64,000 nt of DNA, from NCBI GenBank assembly GCA_021299465.1, contig JAJTHB010000005.1:254971-318970 (forward strand), read 5' to 3'. The DNA is from Rickettsiales bacterium. Lineage in GTDB: Bacteria; Pseudomonadota; Alphaproteobacteria; Rickettsiales; SXRF01. Positions 9,794 through 19,799 of this stretch are shown piece by piece. The notes under the pieces were generated by a model that saw only the letters and a program-made list of their open reading frames with translations, made no database searches and was not told the origin of the DNA. The position numbers were made by a program, and so were the translations under genes. Every line of letters starts with the position of its first letter. Within the stretch, counting starts at the first letter, position 1.

Positions 9794-9885
9794 AAAGATG
9801 GTGCTAGGTTCTAGGGGCTAGGAGCTAGTGAAGCAGCGAAAAGCGCTTTTTCACTAGACCCTAGAACCGAGCATCTGGCATCTTT
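9794..9885. repeat. Heptamer-periodic palindromic repeat (long hairpin)
   Basis: tgctagg-ttctagg-ggctagg-agctagt ... actagac-cctagaa-ccgagca-tctggca, closed by aaagatg/catcttt. Confidence 0.75.
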
Positions 9886-9910
9886 CAAATCATAATCTGA
9901 AAGGAATGCT

Positions 9911-12052
9911 ATGTTTAACATTACAAGAAAATCAATTGAATGGGGTGGTCGCACCCTTACGTTGGAAACAGGCCGTATTGCTCGCCAGGCTGATGGCGCG
10001 GTGCTAGCAACGTATGGCAACACCGTTGTACTTTGTACCGTTGTTGGCATGAAAGAGGCGCGGGCCGATGTCGATTTCTTCCCGCTCACCGTTCATTATC
10101 AGGAAAAAGCTTTCGCTGCCGGTAAAATTCCTGGTGGCTTTTTCAAACGCGAAGGCAAGCCAAGCGAAAAAGAAGTGCTTACCTCGCGCCTGATCGATCG
10201 TCCGATCCGTCCGCTTTTTCCAGAAGGCTTTTACAACGAAGTTCAGGTTGTTTGCACGTTGTTGTCACATGATCTTGAAAATGATCCGGATATTGTCGCG
10301 CTTGTTGGTACATCTGCAGCACTTACTATTTCCGGCATTCCGTTCATGGGCCCGATTGCTGCGGCACGCGTAGGTTATCAAGGCGGCCAGTACATGCTGA
10401 ACCCAACCAAATCGCAGATGGCGGAAACACAGCTTGACCTCGTTGTCGCCGGCACAAAACGCTCGGTGCTGATGGTAGAATCCGAAGCTAAAGAACTCTC
10501 AGAAGATATCATGCTCGGCGCCGTAATGTATGGCCATAAGCAGATGCAGCCGGTGATGGATATGATTGTCGATATGGCGGAGTCCTGCGCGAAAGACGCA
10601 TGGGATTTTGCGAAGAAAGAAGATGCGGCCCTCGTTTCGCGCGTGCGCGAACTGGCTGAATCGGACCTGCGCGCAGCATATAAACTGCAAAGCAAACAGG
10701 ATCGCTCAAACCGTCTGGATGAAATCAAATCGAAAGTTAAAGCTGCATTTGAAGGCTCAGGCATGGATGAGAAAACCATCGGCGGCCAGCTCAAGAAGCT
10801 TGAGCAAGACATTGTTCGCACCGACGTGGTCGAGAGCAAAAAACGTATCGACGGACGTGGTCCTGCTGATATTCGCCAGATTCTGTGTGAAGCAAGTGTA
10901 CTTCCTCAAACGCATGGCTCAGCGCTCTTTACTCGCGGCGAGACACAGGCAATTGTGGTTGCAACTCTTGGCACCAGTCAGGATGAGCAGGTTATCGATG
11001 CGCTTGAAGGTGAATATAAACAGAACTTCATGCTGCATTATAACTTCCCGCCTTATTCTACCGGTGAAACCGGCCGCATGAGTGGTCCGGGCCGCCGCGA
11101 GATTGGTCATGGCAAGCTGGCATGGCGCGCGATTCGTCCATTGCTTCCAACCAAAGAGGCTTTCCCTTACACGCTGCGCTGCGTTTCGGAAATTACCGAG
11201 TCTAACGGTTCGTCTTCAATGGCAACAGTGTGCGGCAGCTCACTGGCGCTCATGGATGCTGGTGTTCCACTGAAAGCACCGGTAGCAGGTATTGCGATGG
11301 GTCTTATTAAGGAGAAAAGTGGTTTCGTAGTGCTTTCTGATATTCTGGGTGATGAAGATCATCTCGGCGATATGGATTTCAAAGTGGCAGGGACCCAGCA
11401 GGGTGTTACTGCGCTTCAAATGGATATCAAAATAGATGGTATCACCGAAGAAATCATGAAAGTCGCGCTGGAACAAGCTCATCATGGCCGTAAGCATATT
11501 CTCGGCGAAATGGCGAAGGCGCTTGATACACCGCGTGGATCGGTTGGTAAAACAGCACCGCGTATCACCACCATGACCATTCCGAAGGAAAAAATCCGTG
11601 AAGTGATTGGCAGCGGCGGTAAAGTCATTCGCGAGATCTGCGAAGTGAGCGGTGCGAAAGTTGATATTGAAGATGACGGCACAATCAAAATCGCAGCAGT
11701 AAGCGAAGATCAGGGCAAAAAGGCTTATGAGATGATCTACGCGATCGTCGCCGAGCCTGAGATCGGTCAGATCTATACCGGCAAAGTCGTACGCATTGTT
11801 GATTTCGGCGCGTTCGTCAATTTCATGGGTCCAAAAGATGGCCTCATCCATATCAGCGAGCTGGCGGATTATCGCGTGGCAAAAGTTGAGGATGTGGTGA
11901 AAGAAGGCGATAGCGTGAAGGTCAAAGTTCTCGAGATGGATAATCGCGGTAAGATCCGCCTGTCCATGCGTGTGGTTGACCAGCAAACCGGCGAAGATAT
12001 TTCTGAGCGTGTCGGTAAGCGCCAAAACAAAGAAGCTGCTAACGGCAACTAG
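9911..12052 (+). CDS. pnp: Polyribonucleotide nucleotidyltransferase
   Basis: [36 protein letters not shown] and S1 domains. Confidence 0.99.
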   Translation: MFNITRKSIEWGGRTLTLETGRIARQADGAVLATYGNTVVLCTVVGMKEARADVDFFPLTVHYQEKAFAAGKIPGGFFKREGKPSEKEVLTSRLIDRPIRPLFPEGFYNEVQVVCTLLSHDLENDPDIVALVGTSAALTISGIPFMGPIAAARVGYQGGQYMLNPTKSQMAETQLDLVVAGTKRSVLMVESEAKELSEDIMLGAVMYGHKQMQPVMDMIVDMAESCAKDAWDFAKKEDAALVSRVRELAESDLRAAYKLQSKQDRSNRLDEIKSKVKAAFEGSGMDEKTIGGQLKKLEQDIVRTDVVESKKRIDGRGPADIRQILCEASVLPQTHGSALFTRGETQAIVVATLGTSQDEQVIDALEGEYKQNFMLHYNFPPYSTGETGRMSGPGRREIGHGKLAWRAIRPLLPTKEAFPYTLRCVSEITESNGSSSMATVCGSSLALMDAGVPLKAPVAGIAMGLIKEKSGFVVLSDILGDEDHLGDMDFKVAGTQQGVTALQMDIKIDGITEEIMKVALEQAHHGRKHILGEMAKALDTPRGSVGKTAPRITTMTIPKEKIREVIGSGGKVIREICEVSGAKVDIEDDGTIKIAAVSEDQGKKAYEMIYAIVAEPEIGQIYTGKVVRIVDFGAFVNFMGPKDGLIHISELADYRVAKVEDVVKEGDSVKVKVLEMDNRGKIRLSMRVVDQQTGEDISERVGKRQNKEAANGN

Positions 12053-12066
12053 TTGTAGCGATAACT

Positions 12067-12102
12067 AAAGCCCTCGCTAGCTATGCTGCGAGGGCTTTTT
12101 TT
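12067..12102 (+). terminator. Intrinsic terminator after pnp
   Basis: AAAGCCCTCGC-loop-GCGAGGGCTTTTTTT. Confidence 0.85.
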
Positions 12103-12289
12103 ATAACAGGTAAATAATCAGAGCGATGACGGCAGCGGAAAGCACCAGCGCAATGAATAGCGCTAGGGCATCATGCTTCTTGTCGCCTTCAAAAGGAAAT
12201 ACATAGGCCGCAAGGCCTGAGGCAAGCCACCAGATTGGCGCTACAAACACATACTGAAAAAACTTCGCAACGATAAAAATCAATTCCAT
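12101..12289 (-). CDS. Small hydrophobic membrane protein
   Basis: About 62 aa with two hydrophobic segments; start uncertain (12289 or 12316). Confidence 0.5.
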   Translation of the reverse strand: MELIFIVAKFFQYVFVAPIWWLASGLAAYVFPFEGDKKHDALALFIALVLSAAVIALIIYLL

Positions 12290-12315
12290 TGGCTTTGTTT
12301 TCCAAATTGCAGGCA

Positions 12316-12352
12316 TAAAAAAAGGGGCCTAATTCTCAGGCCCCTTATTTTT
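12316..12352 (-). terminator. Intrinsic terminator after the histone H1-like gene
   Basis: AAGGGGCCT-N7-AGGCCCCTT flanked by A/T tracts. Confidence 0.85.
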
Positions 12353-12363
12353 AGCTATTAGTA

Positions 12364-12573
12364 CTAGAAGCGAATGGTGCTAACTTTTTTAGCTGCCATC
12401 ATACCCATACCCATTTTTGGCTTGGATGATTTAGATGGTTTTTTCGCAACTTTTTTAGCTACTTTTTTAGCTACTTTTTTTTTTGCGACCTTTTTGGCCA
12501 CTTTCTTTTTTGGTGCTGCTTTTTTCTTAGCTGCTGGTTTTTTAGCAGCTGCTTTTTTTGCCTTCTTAATCAT
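12364..12573 (-). CDS. Histone H1-like Lys/Ala-rich basic protein
   Basis: MIKKAKKAAAKKPAAKKK with tandem KKVA repeats; GGAG RBS; own terminator. Confidence 0.8.
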   Translation of the reverse strand: MIKKAKKAAAKKPAAKKKAAPKKKVAKKVAKKKVAKKVAKKVAKKPSKSSKPKMGMGMMAAKKVSTIRF

Positions 12574-12713
12574 AAAAGACTCCATAAGTTGATTATTTGT
12601 ATTGACCCGTGTTTGAATCAACACACGTGATATATAACCCAGCAATTATAAATTTTTTATTAATGCATCGCTGTTGTGAGAGTGGCAATGCAACTTTAAA
12701 AATAGCATCTAAA

Positions 12714-12741
12714 ATTATTGTTCCACATACGGAACAATAAT
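12714..12741. promoter_or_regulatory. Perfect 11-bp inverted repeat (putative operator)
   Basis: ATTATTGTTCC-ACATAC-GGAACAATAAT in a divergent intergenic region. Confidence 0.55.
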
Positions 12742-12907
12742 GAATAACGAAAATAGCAAGGAAAAAAGCGCGCTGCAGATGAATCGCAAAGTTGTGAGAT
12801 TCAGTTTAATGATGCATCTCAAACTAAAGTAAGATACCAACTAATGCTGGAAAATCATTACGAGTGTGATATAAAAAACACAATAAATAATCACGGTGAA
12901 TGAACCA

Positions 12908-13576
12908 ATGAATGCAAATTACTGCTGCAAACCGATAGCGCTAGTTGTTTTATCATGCCTAATTATTCTTGCGCTATCGCCACATGAAGCAGCCGCTGAT
13001 GCTAAACATTCCTACTTTGTAATGACCGAGAGCAAGTCCTCTAACCTTCGTCCATTTCCTAAATGGACGGGCATGATGGAGCGCCAAATCGCGGAAAATA
13101 AATTACCCGATGAAGAATGTGGTAAACAGAAGTTTCACCCATGCGTCGTCAAAGATTGGCGCGCACTAATAAGTGAAATCAAAGAAAAGCCGCTTCGTGA
13201 TCAGGTTGAATCAATTAATCGCTGGGCTAACGATCACCCCTATATTGTGGATCAACTAAATTGGGGGATGGAAGATTTCTGGGTAACGCCTTACGAGTTT
13301 ATGGCGATCAGCGGTGACTGCGAAGATTATGCCATCGCTAAATATTACTCGCTGCGAGCACTTGGTGTGCCGGAAGATCAGATGCGCATTATGATTGTTC
13401 AGGATTTTAATCTCGGCGGGATTATTCATGCGATACTTGGCATCTACGTGGATGATGAGCTGCTCATTTTAGATAACCAGATTAAACAAGTAATGCCGGC
13501 TATGAATATCTACCACTATCGTCCTATTTATGGTGTCAATGAAAGCTGGTGGTGGGCTTACACACCCCTTAGTTGA
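12908..13576 (+). CDS. LapG-like transglutaminase-like cysteine peptidase (BTLCP/peptidase C93), secreted
   Basis: Signal peptide; EDFWVTPYEF, GDCEDYAIAKY (Cys), HAILGI (His), LILDN (Asp), YRPIYGVNE. Confidence 0.9.
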   Translation: MNANYCCKPIALVVLSCLIILALSPHEAAADAKHSYFVMTESKSSNLRPFPKWTGMMERQIAENKLPDEECGKQKFHPCVVKDWRALISEIKEKPLRDQVESINRWANDHPYIVDQLNWGMEDFWVTPYEFMAISGDCEDYAIAKYYSLRALGVPEDQMRIMIVQDFNLGGIIHAILGIYVDDELLILDNQIKQVMPAMNIYHYRPIYGVNESWWWAYTPLS

Positions 13577-13637
13577 TTATTGTTTGGTCATCGGGCGTTT
13601 TTTTTGATAAAACGCCATGAAACACTGGAGTTTAGTT

Positions 13638-15800
13638 ATGTCTGCCATCGACACATTACCGAATGACTCAGAAGATAAAACAAAAGAGCCTGAGGCAACC
13701 AATTTTTCGCCGCGCATGTACGGCATCGTGCTTCTGGTCGTTGCTATTATTATTACCGGCATTTTCTTTATCAGTAAATTCACCCAGATGGACCTGACAA
13801 GGGATTTGCAGACCTGGCAGGAAAAGCTCAACCTGATTGCGGAAAGCCGTAGTAAGGAAGTAAGCGGTTGGGTGGGTGGCAACTTCGCAGAGCTGCACAA
13901 GCTATCTGATAACCCTGCACTTCAGCTTTATTTAAGCGAGTTGCAATCGATAGCGCAGAATGGAACCCAGCAACATACCGAAGAGCCGGCACAGAAGACT
14001 TACCTTCGCAATTTGCTAATGTTTACCGCTGAGCGCGCAGGCTATATCACCTCAAATGTATCAGCTTCACAAATAAGGGCTAATATTGAAGAAAATGCTG
14101 ATAGCGGCCTTGCGGTGCTGGATGCAAAAAACAAGATTGTTGTTTCCAGCGCTACCTCACCTCTCGTCACCGAGCAAATCTTGAAACATGCCGCTGAATC
14201 GCAGGCGGGCAGGGATGGGTTTGTTGACGTCAGTAAAAATGGCGATAAGCTTCAAATCGGCTTTAGCGTTCCAATCTTTTCTATTCAAGGCGAACGCAAT
14301 GCCAATGCTCAAATTGGTCGCGTCGTTGGTATTAAAACCGTTGATGCTGATTTCTTTGCATTATTGAAACACCCGGGCGTTACCGAGCAAACACTGGAAA
14401 CCGTATTGGTTCGCAAGGCGGACAAAAAAATAGAGTTTCTGTCACCGCTTCAGGATGGCTCGAGTGCATTAGCCAAGCAGGTCGATTTCATGCCCGACCG
14501 CACGGTTGAGGGTAGCCTTATTGAAACGGTCGGCAGCTTTAGCAGCGAAAAAAATGACTATCGTAACCGTAAGGTGCTTGCTACCTCTCGTACCATTGAG
14601 AACACGCCATGGACGCTAATGGTGAAGGTCGATCGCAAAGAAGCTCTTACAGAAAGTGACCAGCGCCGCGCAAGCATGATCATGTTCTTTTTCTTCCTGA
14701 TTGCCACGATTGTGCTGATTATCTTTGCCGTTTGGTGGCATGCGCATTCCAAGCGCGCGATGATGATGTCGTATCATTTCAAAAAAATTGCCTCGGAAGC
14801 GCGTGCACAAGAAAAGCTTTTGCGCCTGGTTGCCGATCATCAGCCGGAGCCTATTTTCATACTGGATCAAAATTACCGCTTTCACTTTGCCAATCAGAAA
14901 ACCTCTGAAAATGCAGATATGAGCGCCCAAGGGTTGATCGGAAAATCAATCAATGATGTTCGTGGAACAGCGCGCGCCGAACGATTAATTGGCCAGTGCG
15001 AAAAGGCCAGCCTTGAAAACAGAACGGTTTATGGGATCTCGCAGGTTATAGAAGGTGGTCAGGAGCGTATCATTCGGTCAGCTTATGTGCCGCTCGATCA
15101 CATTCCTATCGCCAGCCTGCCGGAACCTACACCCGGCATATTGGTTGTTGAACAGGATATCAGCGAGGTGGTGCATGAGCGCGAGCAACGTATCCAGACT
15201 CATAACCAACTCATTCAGACACTCATAAGGCTAGTTGATAAACGTGATCCTTACGCTGCTGATCATTCCATGCTGGTGTCCCACATCGCCTGCGAAATCG
15301 CGATTGAGATGGAGCTTGATAATACGATGGTGGAAACGGCGCGCATTGCTGGCAGCCTGATGAATATCGGTAAGATCGTCGTGCCACACGAGCTGCTGAC
15401 TAAATCCGAGAAACTGACGGACGAAGAGCGCCGCGTGATTCAGGAATCGATGTTTGTGGCCGCTGACTTGGTCAAATCCATTCAGTTTGAAGGCCCCGTT
15501 GTTGAAACGCTTAGACAGTGGCAGGAGCGCTGGGACGGTACAGGTCCGCTGGGTCTTCAGGCGGAAAAAATCATCATCTCCGCTCGTATCATTGCGGCGG
15601 CCAACGCCTTCATCGGTATGATCAGCCCGCGCTCATGGCGCAATGCCATTGCCATCGGCGCCGCCAATAAATTCCTGCTTGATCAATCCGATATTCTGTT
15701 TGATCGCAGGGTTGTGGTGGCGCTGATCAGCTATGTTGAAAACCACCATGGACACGCATGGCTTAATAAAATGCTCGATGAGAAGAAAAAAGCGGCTTAG
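13638..15800 (+). CDS. Membrane sensor: 2 TM, periplasmic Cache-like domain, PAS, degenerate HD-GYP domain
   Basis: Two TM helices around a ~300-aa periplasmic region ending PWTLMVKVD; PAS (EPIFILD..FANQ..QDISE); HD-GYP fold ([40 protein letters not shown]); GGAG RBS. Confidence 0.85.
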   Translation: MSAIDTLPNDSEDKTKEPEATNFSPRMYGIVLLVVAIIITGIFFISKFTQMDLTRDLQTWQEKLNLIAESRSKEVSGWVGGNFAELHKLSDNPALQLYLSELQSIAQNGTQQHTEEPAQKTYLRNLLMFTAERAGYITSNVSASQIRANIEENADSGLAVLDAKNKIVVSSATSPLVTEQILKHAAESQAGRDGFVDVSKNGDKLQIGFSVPIFSIQGERNANAQIGRVVGIKTVDADFFALLKHPGVTEQTLETVLVRKADKKIEFLSPLQDGSSALAKQVDFMPDRTVEGSLIETVGSFSSEKNDYRNRKVLATSRTIENTPWTLMVKVDRKEALTESDQRRASMIMFFFFLIATIVLIIFAVWWHAHSKRAMMMSYHFKKIASEARAQEKLLRLVADHQPEPIFILDQNYRFHFANQKTSENADMSAQGLIGKSINDVRGTARAERLIGQCEKASLENRTVYGISQVIEGGQERIIRSAYVPLDHIPIASLPEPTPGILVVEQDISEVVHEREQRIQTHNQLIQTLIRLVDKRDPYAADHSMLVSHIACEIAIEMELDNTMVETARIAGSLMNIGKIVVPHELLTKSEKLTDEERRVIQESMFVAADLVKSIQFEGPVVETLRQWQERWDGTGPLGLQAEKIIISARIIAAANAFIGMISPRSWRNAIAIGAANKFLLDQSDILFDRRVVVALISYVENHHGHAWLNKMLDEKKKAA

Positions 15801-18025
15801 CTAAACCGGTTGGTTCTTGGGAAGCCCGTTGGGGGCAGGCGGCCGGCGTCAGCGCGGTTGCCCAGCCAAGCCTTCAGGTCTGTTTCAACACGGACTTTGC
15901 CACCAAGCTGCCAGCTTAAGCCTTCTTTCAGCTTGAAGACTTTGACATCTGCGAGCGTCGCATCCTTGTATTTCTGAAGCGCAACACCCTGGCCTTTTTT
16001 CATTGGCGGGATTTGCGAGATTGGGAAGATGAGCAGCTTACGATTCTCGCCCATCACCGCAACATGATCACCACTTGCTTCCACGCACACCACCGCCTTA
16101 TGGCCAGCCATAGGCGTTAGGATCTGTTTGCCGTTTTTGGTTTGCGCCACGACATCGGCGCTATCGACCACAAAACCTTTACCGTTAGAAGCCGCAAGCA
16201 GCAGCTTTTTGGCCTCATCATAAATTGAGATAGCAACGATTTCGCTATCCGCCTCCATCTCGACCATCAAGCGTACCGGCTCGCCATAACCCTTGCCGCG
16301 AGGTATTTTATCACAGGGCAGGGTGTAGAAGCGGCCATTGGAACCAAACAGCAGCAGTTTATCGGTGGTTTGCGCTTCAAGCGAGAATTTTGCTTCATCG
16401 CCTTCTTTATATTTTACCTCATCAAGGTTAAGCCCATGGCCTTTGACGGCGCGTAGCCAGCCCATCGCAGAATAGAAAATTGTGATCGGTTCTTTTTCGA
16501 CAAAGGCCTCGATATCGATGACCTTGCCCACAGGTGCATCGGCAAATTGCGTGCGGCGGCGGCCAAGCGGCGTTTTTTTGCCGAAGCGAGTTTGAATGTC
16601 CTTGATCTCTTCACCGATTTTTACCCAGCGTTTTTCTTCGGATTTAAGCAGCGCGTTCAGTTCTTTTTGTTCTTTGCTCAGCTCGGTATGTTCGCCTTTG
16701 ATCTCAAACTCCTCGAGTTTGCGCAGGCTACGCAGGCGCGTATTCAAAATAGCCTCGGCCTGAATATCGGAGAGCTTCCATTTCTTCATAATCACCGGCT
16801 TGGGATCATCCTCACGGCGAATGATTTTAATCAGCTCGTCGAGGTTGAGGTAGGCAACCAGCAAACCATCCAGAATTTCAAGCCGGTGTGCGATCTTGCC
16901 AAGGCGGAATTTCGAACGGCGCGTGAGCACTTCCATGCGATGTTCAAGAAACGCCAGCAGCAGATCCTTGAGGTTCATCACTTGCGGCGCACCTTGTGCG
17001 TTTAGCACATTGAGGTTCAGGTTGAAACGTGACTCAAGGTCGGTGCTCTTAAATAGCGATTCCATGAGCATTTCAGGATCAACCGTGCGGCTTTTTGGCT
17101 CCAGCACGATGCGGATATCTTCTGCCGATTCATCGCGGATATTGCCAAGGAAAGGCAGTTTTTTGTTTTTGAACTTTTCGGCGATATCTTCCATCAGCTT
17201 GTTTTTCTGAACCTGATAGGGAATCTCGCTGATGACGATCTGGTAAAGCCCGTGGCTTAACTCTTCCTTTTCCCATTTCGCTCGCACACGGATTGAGCCG
17301 CGGCCTGTTTCATAAGCGGTCCGGATATTCTCGTCGGTCTCAACAATCACGCCGCCGGTTGGGAAATCCGGCCCTTGCATGCGCGTCACTAAGTTGCGCA
17401 CCGTGCAGTCCGGTTTTTCAATCAAATACAGCAGCGCCTCGCAGATCTCACCCACATTATGCGGCGGAATGGAAGTCGCCATACCGACGGCGATGCCTTC
17501 CGAGCCGTTAGCCAGCAGATTTGGGAAAGCGGCGGGCATCACCACCGGCTCTTCCTCCGAGCCGTCATAGGTCGGGCGGAAATCAACGGTATCATCATCA
17601 ATACCGTTCATCAGCGCCATCGCGACATCGGTCAGGCGCGCTTCGGTGTATCGCATCGCGGCGGCGTTATCGCCGTCAACCGAGCCAAAATTCCCCTGGC
17701 CTTCGACCAGTGTGTAGCGCACCGCAAAGGACTGGGCGAGGCGCACCATCGCGTCATACACCGCTGTATCACCGTGCGGGTGGTATTTACCGATCACATC
17801 GCCCACTACACGCGCGCATTTTTTATAGCCGGATTTCGGGTCAAGCCGAAGCTGCAACATTGCATAGAGCAGGCGGCGATGCACCGGCTTTAAGCCATCG
17901 CGCACATCGGGCAGCGAACGCGCGGTGATCGTCGAAAGTGCATAGGCTAAATATTTTTCTTCCAGCGTCGTGCGGAAGGAAACGAGCTGCAGGTTTTCAG
18001 TTTTCTTGGTGGGTGTTTTGGTCAT
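15797..18025 (-). CDS. parC: DNA topoisomerase IV subunit A
   Basis: [27 protein letters not shown]; short 742-aa ParC-type C-terminus. Confidence 0.96.
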   Translation of the reverse strand: MTKTPTKKTENLQLVSFRTTLEEKYLAYALSTITARSLPDVRDGLKPVHRRLLYAMLQLRLDPKSGYKKCARVVGDVIGKYHPHGDTAVYDAMVRLAQSFAVRYTLVEGQGNFGSVDGDNAAAMRYTEARLTDVAMALMNGIDDDTVDFRPTYDGSEEEPVVMPAAFPNLLANGSEGIAVGMATSIPPHNVGEICEALLYLIEKPDCTVRNLVTRMQGPDFPTGGVIVETDENIRTAYETGRGSIRVRAKWEKEELSHGLYQIVISEIPYQVQKNKLMEDIAEKFKNKKLPFLGNIRDESAEDIRIVLEPKSRTVDPEMLMESLFKSTDLESRFNLNLNVLNAQGAPQVMNLKDLLLAFLEHRMEVLTRRSKFRLGKIAHRLEILDGLLVAYLNLDELIKIIRREDDPKPVIMKKWKLSDIQAEAILNTRLRSLRKLEEFEIKGEHTELSKEQKELNALLKSEEKRWVKIGEEIKDIQTRFGKKTPLGRRRTQFADAPVGKVIDIEAFVEKEPITIFYSAMGWLRAVKGHGLNLDEVKYKEGDEAKFSLEAQTTDKLLLFGSNGRFYTLPCDKIPRGKGYGEPVRLMVEMEADSEIVAISIYDEAKKLLLAASNGKGFVVDSADVVAQTKNGKQILTPMAGHKAVVCVEASGDHVAVMGENRKLLIFPISQIPPMKKGQGVALQKYKDATLADVKVFKLKEGLSWQLGGKVRVETDLKAWLGNRADAGRLPPTGFPRTNRFS

Positions 18026-18037
18026 AGGCGCGAGAAA

Positions 18038-18781
18038 CTACAGGCTTTCTGCGGCTTTGTAAAGGATTTGCTTCAGCCTTTGCCTAGCTGGCGGCATCTT
18101 TTTTCCATGCGGCTCAAGTAGCCAGTGCTCCAGGAAATAGGCGGTGAGGGTTAGACCGTTGTTCACATCCCCGTGAAGGTGGGCATCTAATCTCACTGCA
18201 GACTCCCCGCTTTCGCGGGGACTTAGAAAACGAGGCAATCTCAGTAACCGATCTTTATACGGCTCCCCTGCCTCGCGTGAAACGGCGCGGCCGGATTTGG
18301 GGGAGACATAGATAAGATCATGCGTCTGGCCGGTGGCAGCGCAGCAAGTCAAGTCAAGCCCATAGCCGGTTTCCGCAAGGATCAGCATTTCAAAATGAAT
18401 ATAACCGTGCCATGAAAAATCCTCCAACAAATGAAGGAAATGATCATAAAGCCTGGGGTAAGGGTGGCGCTCCGGCAGAGCCTGCTCGAGCAGCGCGCAG
18501 GCCGATGTCAGCATCGCTAGTTTTTCTTCATCTTGCATGATGAGCGCGGCGTGGCTTCTTTGCGGTTCGAGCTTGAACATACCGATATGCTCGGAAAGCC
18601 GAGCGCTCCAGCTTGCGCTAACTAGGTTTCCCTGCTGAATGATCCCCCAGTTGGTTTTGGAAAAAGCGCCTTTCACCACGCCCGCTACCACACCATGATC
18701 GCGCGCAAACACGCGCAGTATCGCGCTGGTTTCGCCATGCCGGCGTACTGCCAGGATAATCGCGCTATCGCTCCAGTGCAT
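18038..18781 (-). CDS. recO: DNA repair protein RecO
   Basis: VRRHGET, GYGLDLTCCAATG, YVSPKSGRAVS. Confidence 0.95.
   Translation of the reverse strand: MHWSDSAIILAVRRHGETSAILRVFARDHGVVAGVVKGAFSKTNWGIIQQGNLVSASWSARLSEHIGMFKLEPQRSHAALIMQDEEKLAMLTSACALLEQALPERHPYPRLYDHFLHLLEDFSWHGYIHFEMLILAETGYGLDLTCCAATGQTHDLIYVSPKSGRAVSREAGEPYKDRLLRLPRFLSPRESGESAVRLDAHLHGDVNNGLTLTAYFLEHWLLEPHGKKMPPARQRLKQILYKAAESL
18166..18222. repeat. Degenerate GTCAT-type palindromic element inserted in frame in recO
   Basis: CATCCCCGTGAAGGTGGGCATCT-N11-AGACTCCCCGCTTTCGCGGGGAC; encodes SPRESGESAVRLDAHLHGD. Confidence 0.7.
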
Positions 18782-19229
18782 CGGGCGATATTTTCATTTT
18801 TACATGCATTAAGCCTTCGAGCATGTAGGGCTCTGTGATGGCAATGTAGCCCAGCGATTCATAAAAATTCTTCAGCTGTGCCTGGGCTTCAATGATGAGC
18901 GGCTGATTGTTATACATGCGGAATGTTTCGCGCACCGCATCCATCATCAGCTTCGCGCCGAGTTTCTGGCCGCGATAATCCTGATCGATGACTAACCTGC
19001 CGATCGCCGGCTCTTTATGTTTAAGCCCGGGCGGTAGGATGCGCGCCGCGCCGATGAGCCTCTCCCCATCAAACAAACACAAGTGCTGGCAGCGATCATC
19101 CAGACCATCGATATCGAGATAAACAATGTTTTGCTCAACCACGAAAATTTTCGAACGCAGCTGAAGCAAATCATAAAGATGTTTTTTGCTGAGCGACTTG
19201 AAGGAAAAGAGTTTGGTTTCGTATGGCAT
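18765..19229 (-). CDS. elaA: ElaA-family GNAT acetyltransferase
   Basis: LRSKIFVVEQ, DIDGLD, IGRLV, AQAQLKNFYESLGY. Confidence 0.85.
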   Translation of the reverse strand: MPYETKLFSFKSLSKKHLYDLLQLRSKIFVVEQNIVYLDIDGLDDRCQHLCLFDGERLIGAARILPPGLKHKEPAIGRLVIDQDYRGQKLGAKLMMDAVRETFRMYNNQPLIIEAQAQLKNFYESLGYIAITEPYMLEGLMHVKMKISPDALER

Positions 19230-19262
19230 AAAAAAACCCCGGCGAATGGCCGGGGCTTTTTT
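19230..19262 (-). terminator. Intrinsic (possibly bidirectional) terminator
   Basis: A7-CCCCGGC-GAATG-GCCGGGG-C-T6. Confidence 0.85.
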
Positions 19263-19282
19263 ATCATAAAATAGCAAAGACG

Positions 19283-19660
19283 CTATTGCTGATTCGGCTG
19301 GCCTGCTGGATTAGCAGTAGCTGGAGCCGGAGCAGATGGCGTGCCAGCAGCAGGAGCGAGCTGAGCGTTGGCTTCAGCAGCCATTTCTTCAGCGGTTTTA
19401 GCAACATCTTGCGCAGCCTGATCAACGGCCTGCTGGGTGCCTTCAACAGCTTGGCTTGCAGCTTCCTGAGCTTTTTGGGTTGCTTCTTTAGCAGCTTGTT
19501 CAGCGCGTTCAAACGAACCGGCAGGAGCAGGTGATTGCTGCTCAGCCGTTACGTTCGGCTGCTGGCTGGTTTGGTTGAGATTGATACCAAAGAATGCGGC
19601 AAGCGCGAGAATGATAAAACCGAAAATAATCATCGGCATGTTGGATTTTTGCTGAGACAT
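19283..19660 (-). CDS. Membrane-anchored Ala/Gln/Pro-rich hypothetical protein
   Basis: N-terminal TM, 11-residue periodic helical core, P/A tail; AGGAAG RBS and terminator. Confidence 0.8.
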   Translation of the reverse strand: MSQQKSNMPMIIFGFIILALAAFFGINLNQTSQQPNVTAEQQSPAPAGSFERAEQAAKEATQKAQEAASQAVEGTQQAVDQAAQDVAKTAEEMAAEANAQLAPAAGTPSAPAPATANPAGQPNQQ

Positions 19661-19799
19661 AACAGACTTCCTGTAGATTGGTTAATAAAAGCGTTAACAG
19701 TGCTAGGGTTAGTATGAAAGTTTACTAATTGCAAGCTAAACGGGCACTAAATAGATTAGCGACAGATTAAATCTATGTAATGATAAAAGCCTCTATTTA

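Noticed and set aside
11240-12025. Long antisense ORFs (261 aa here; also 3950-4618, 33551-34183, 41022-41594)
   Set aside because: These are shadow frames of strongly conserved genes, with no motifs or RBS.
12719-12736. parS-like site TGTTCCAC-AT-ACGGAACA
   Set aside because: It is 18 bp rather than the 16-bp TGTTNCACGTGNAACA palindrome, so the half-site spacing is wrong; kept only as a generic inverted repeat.
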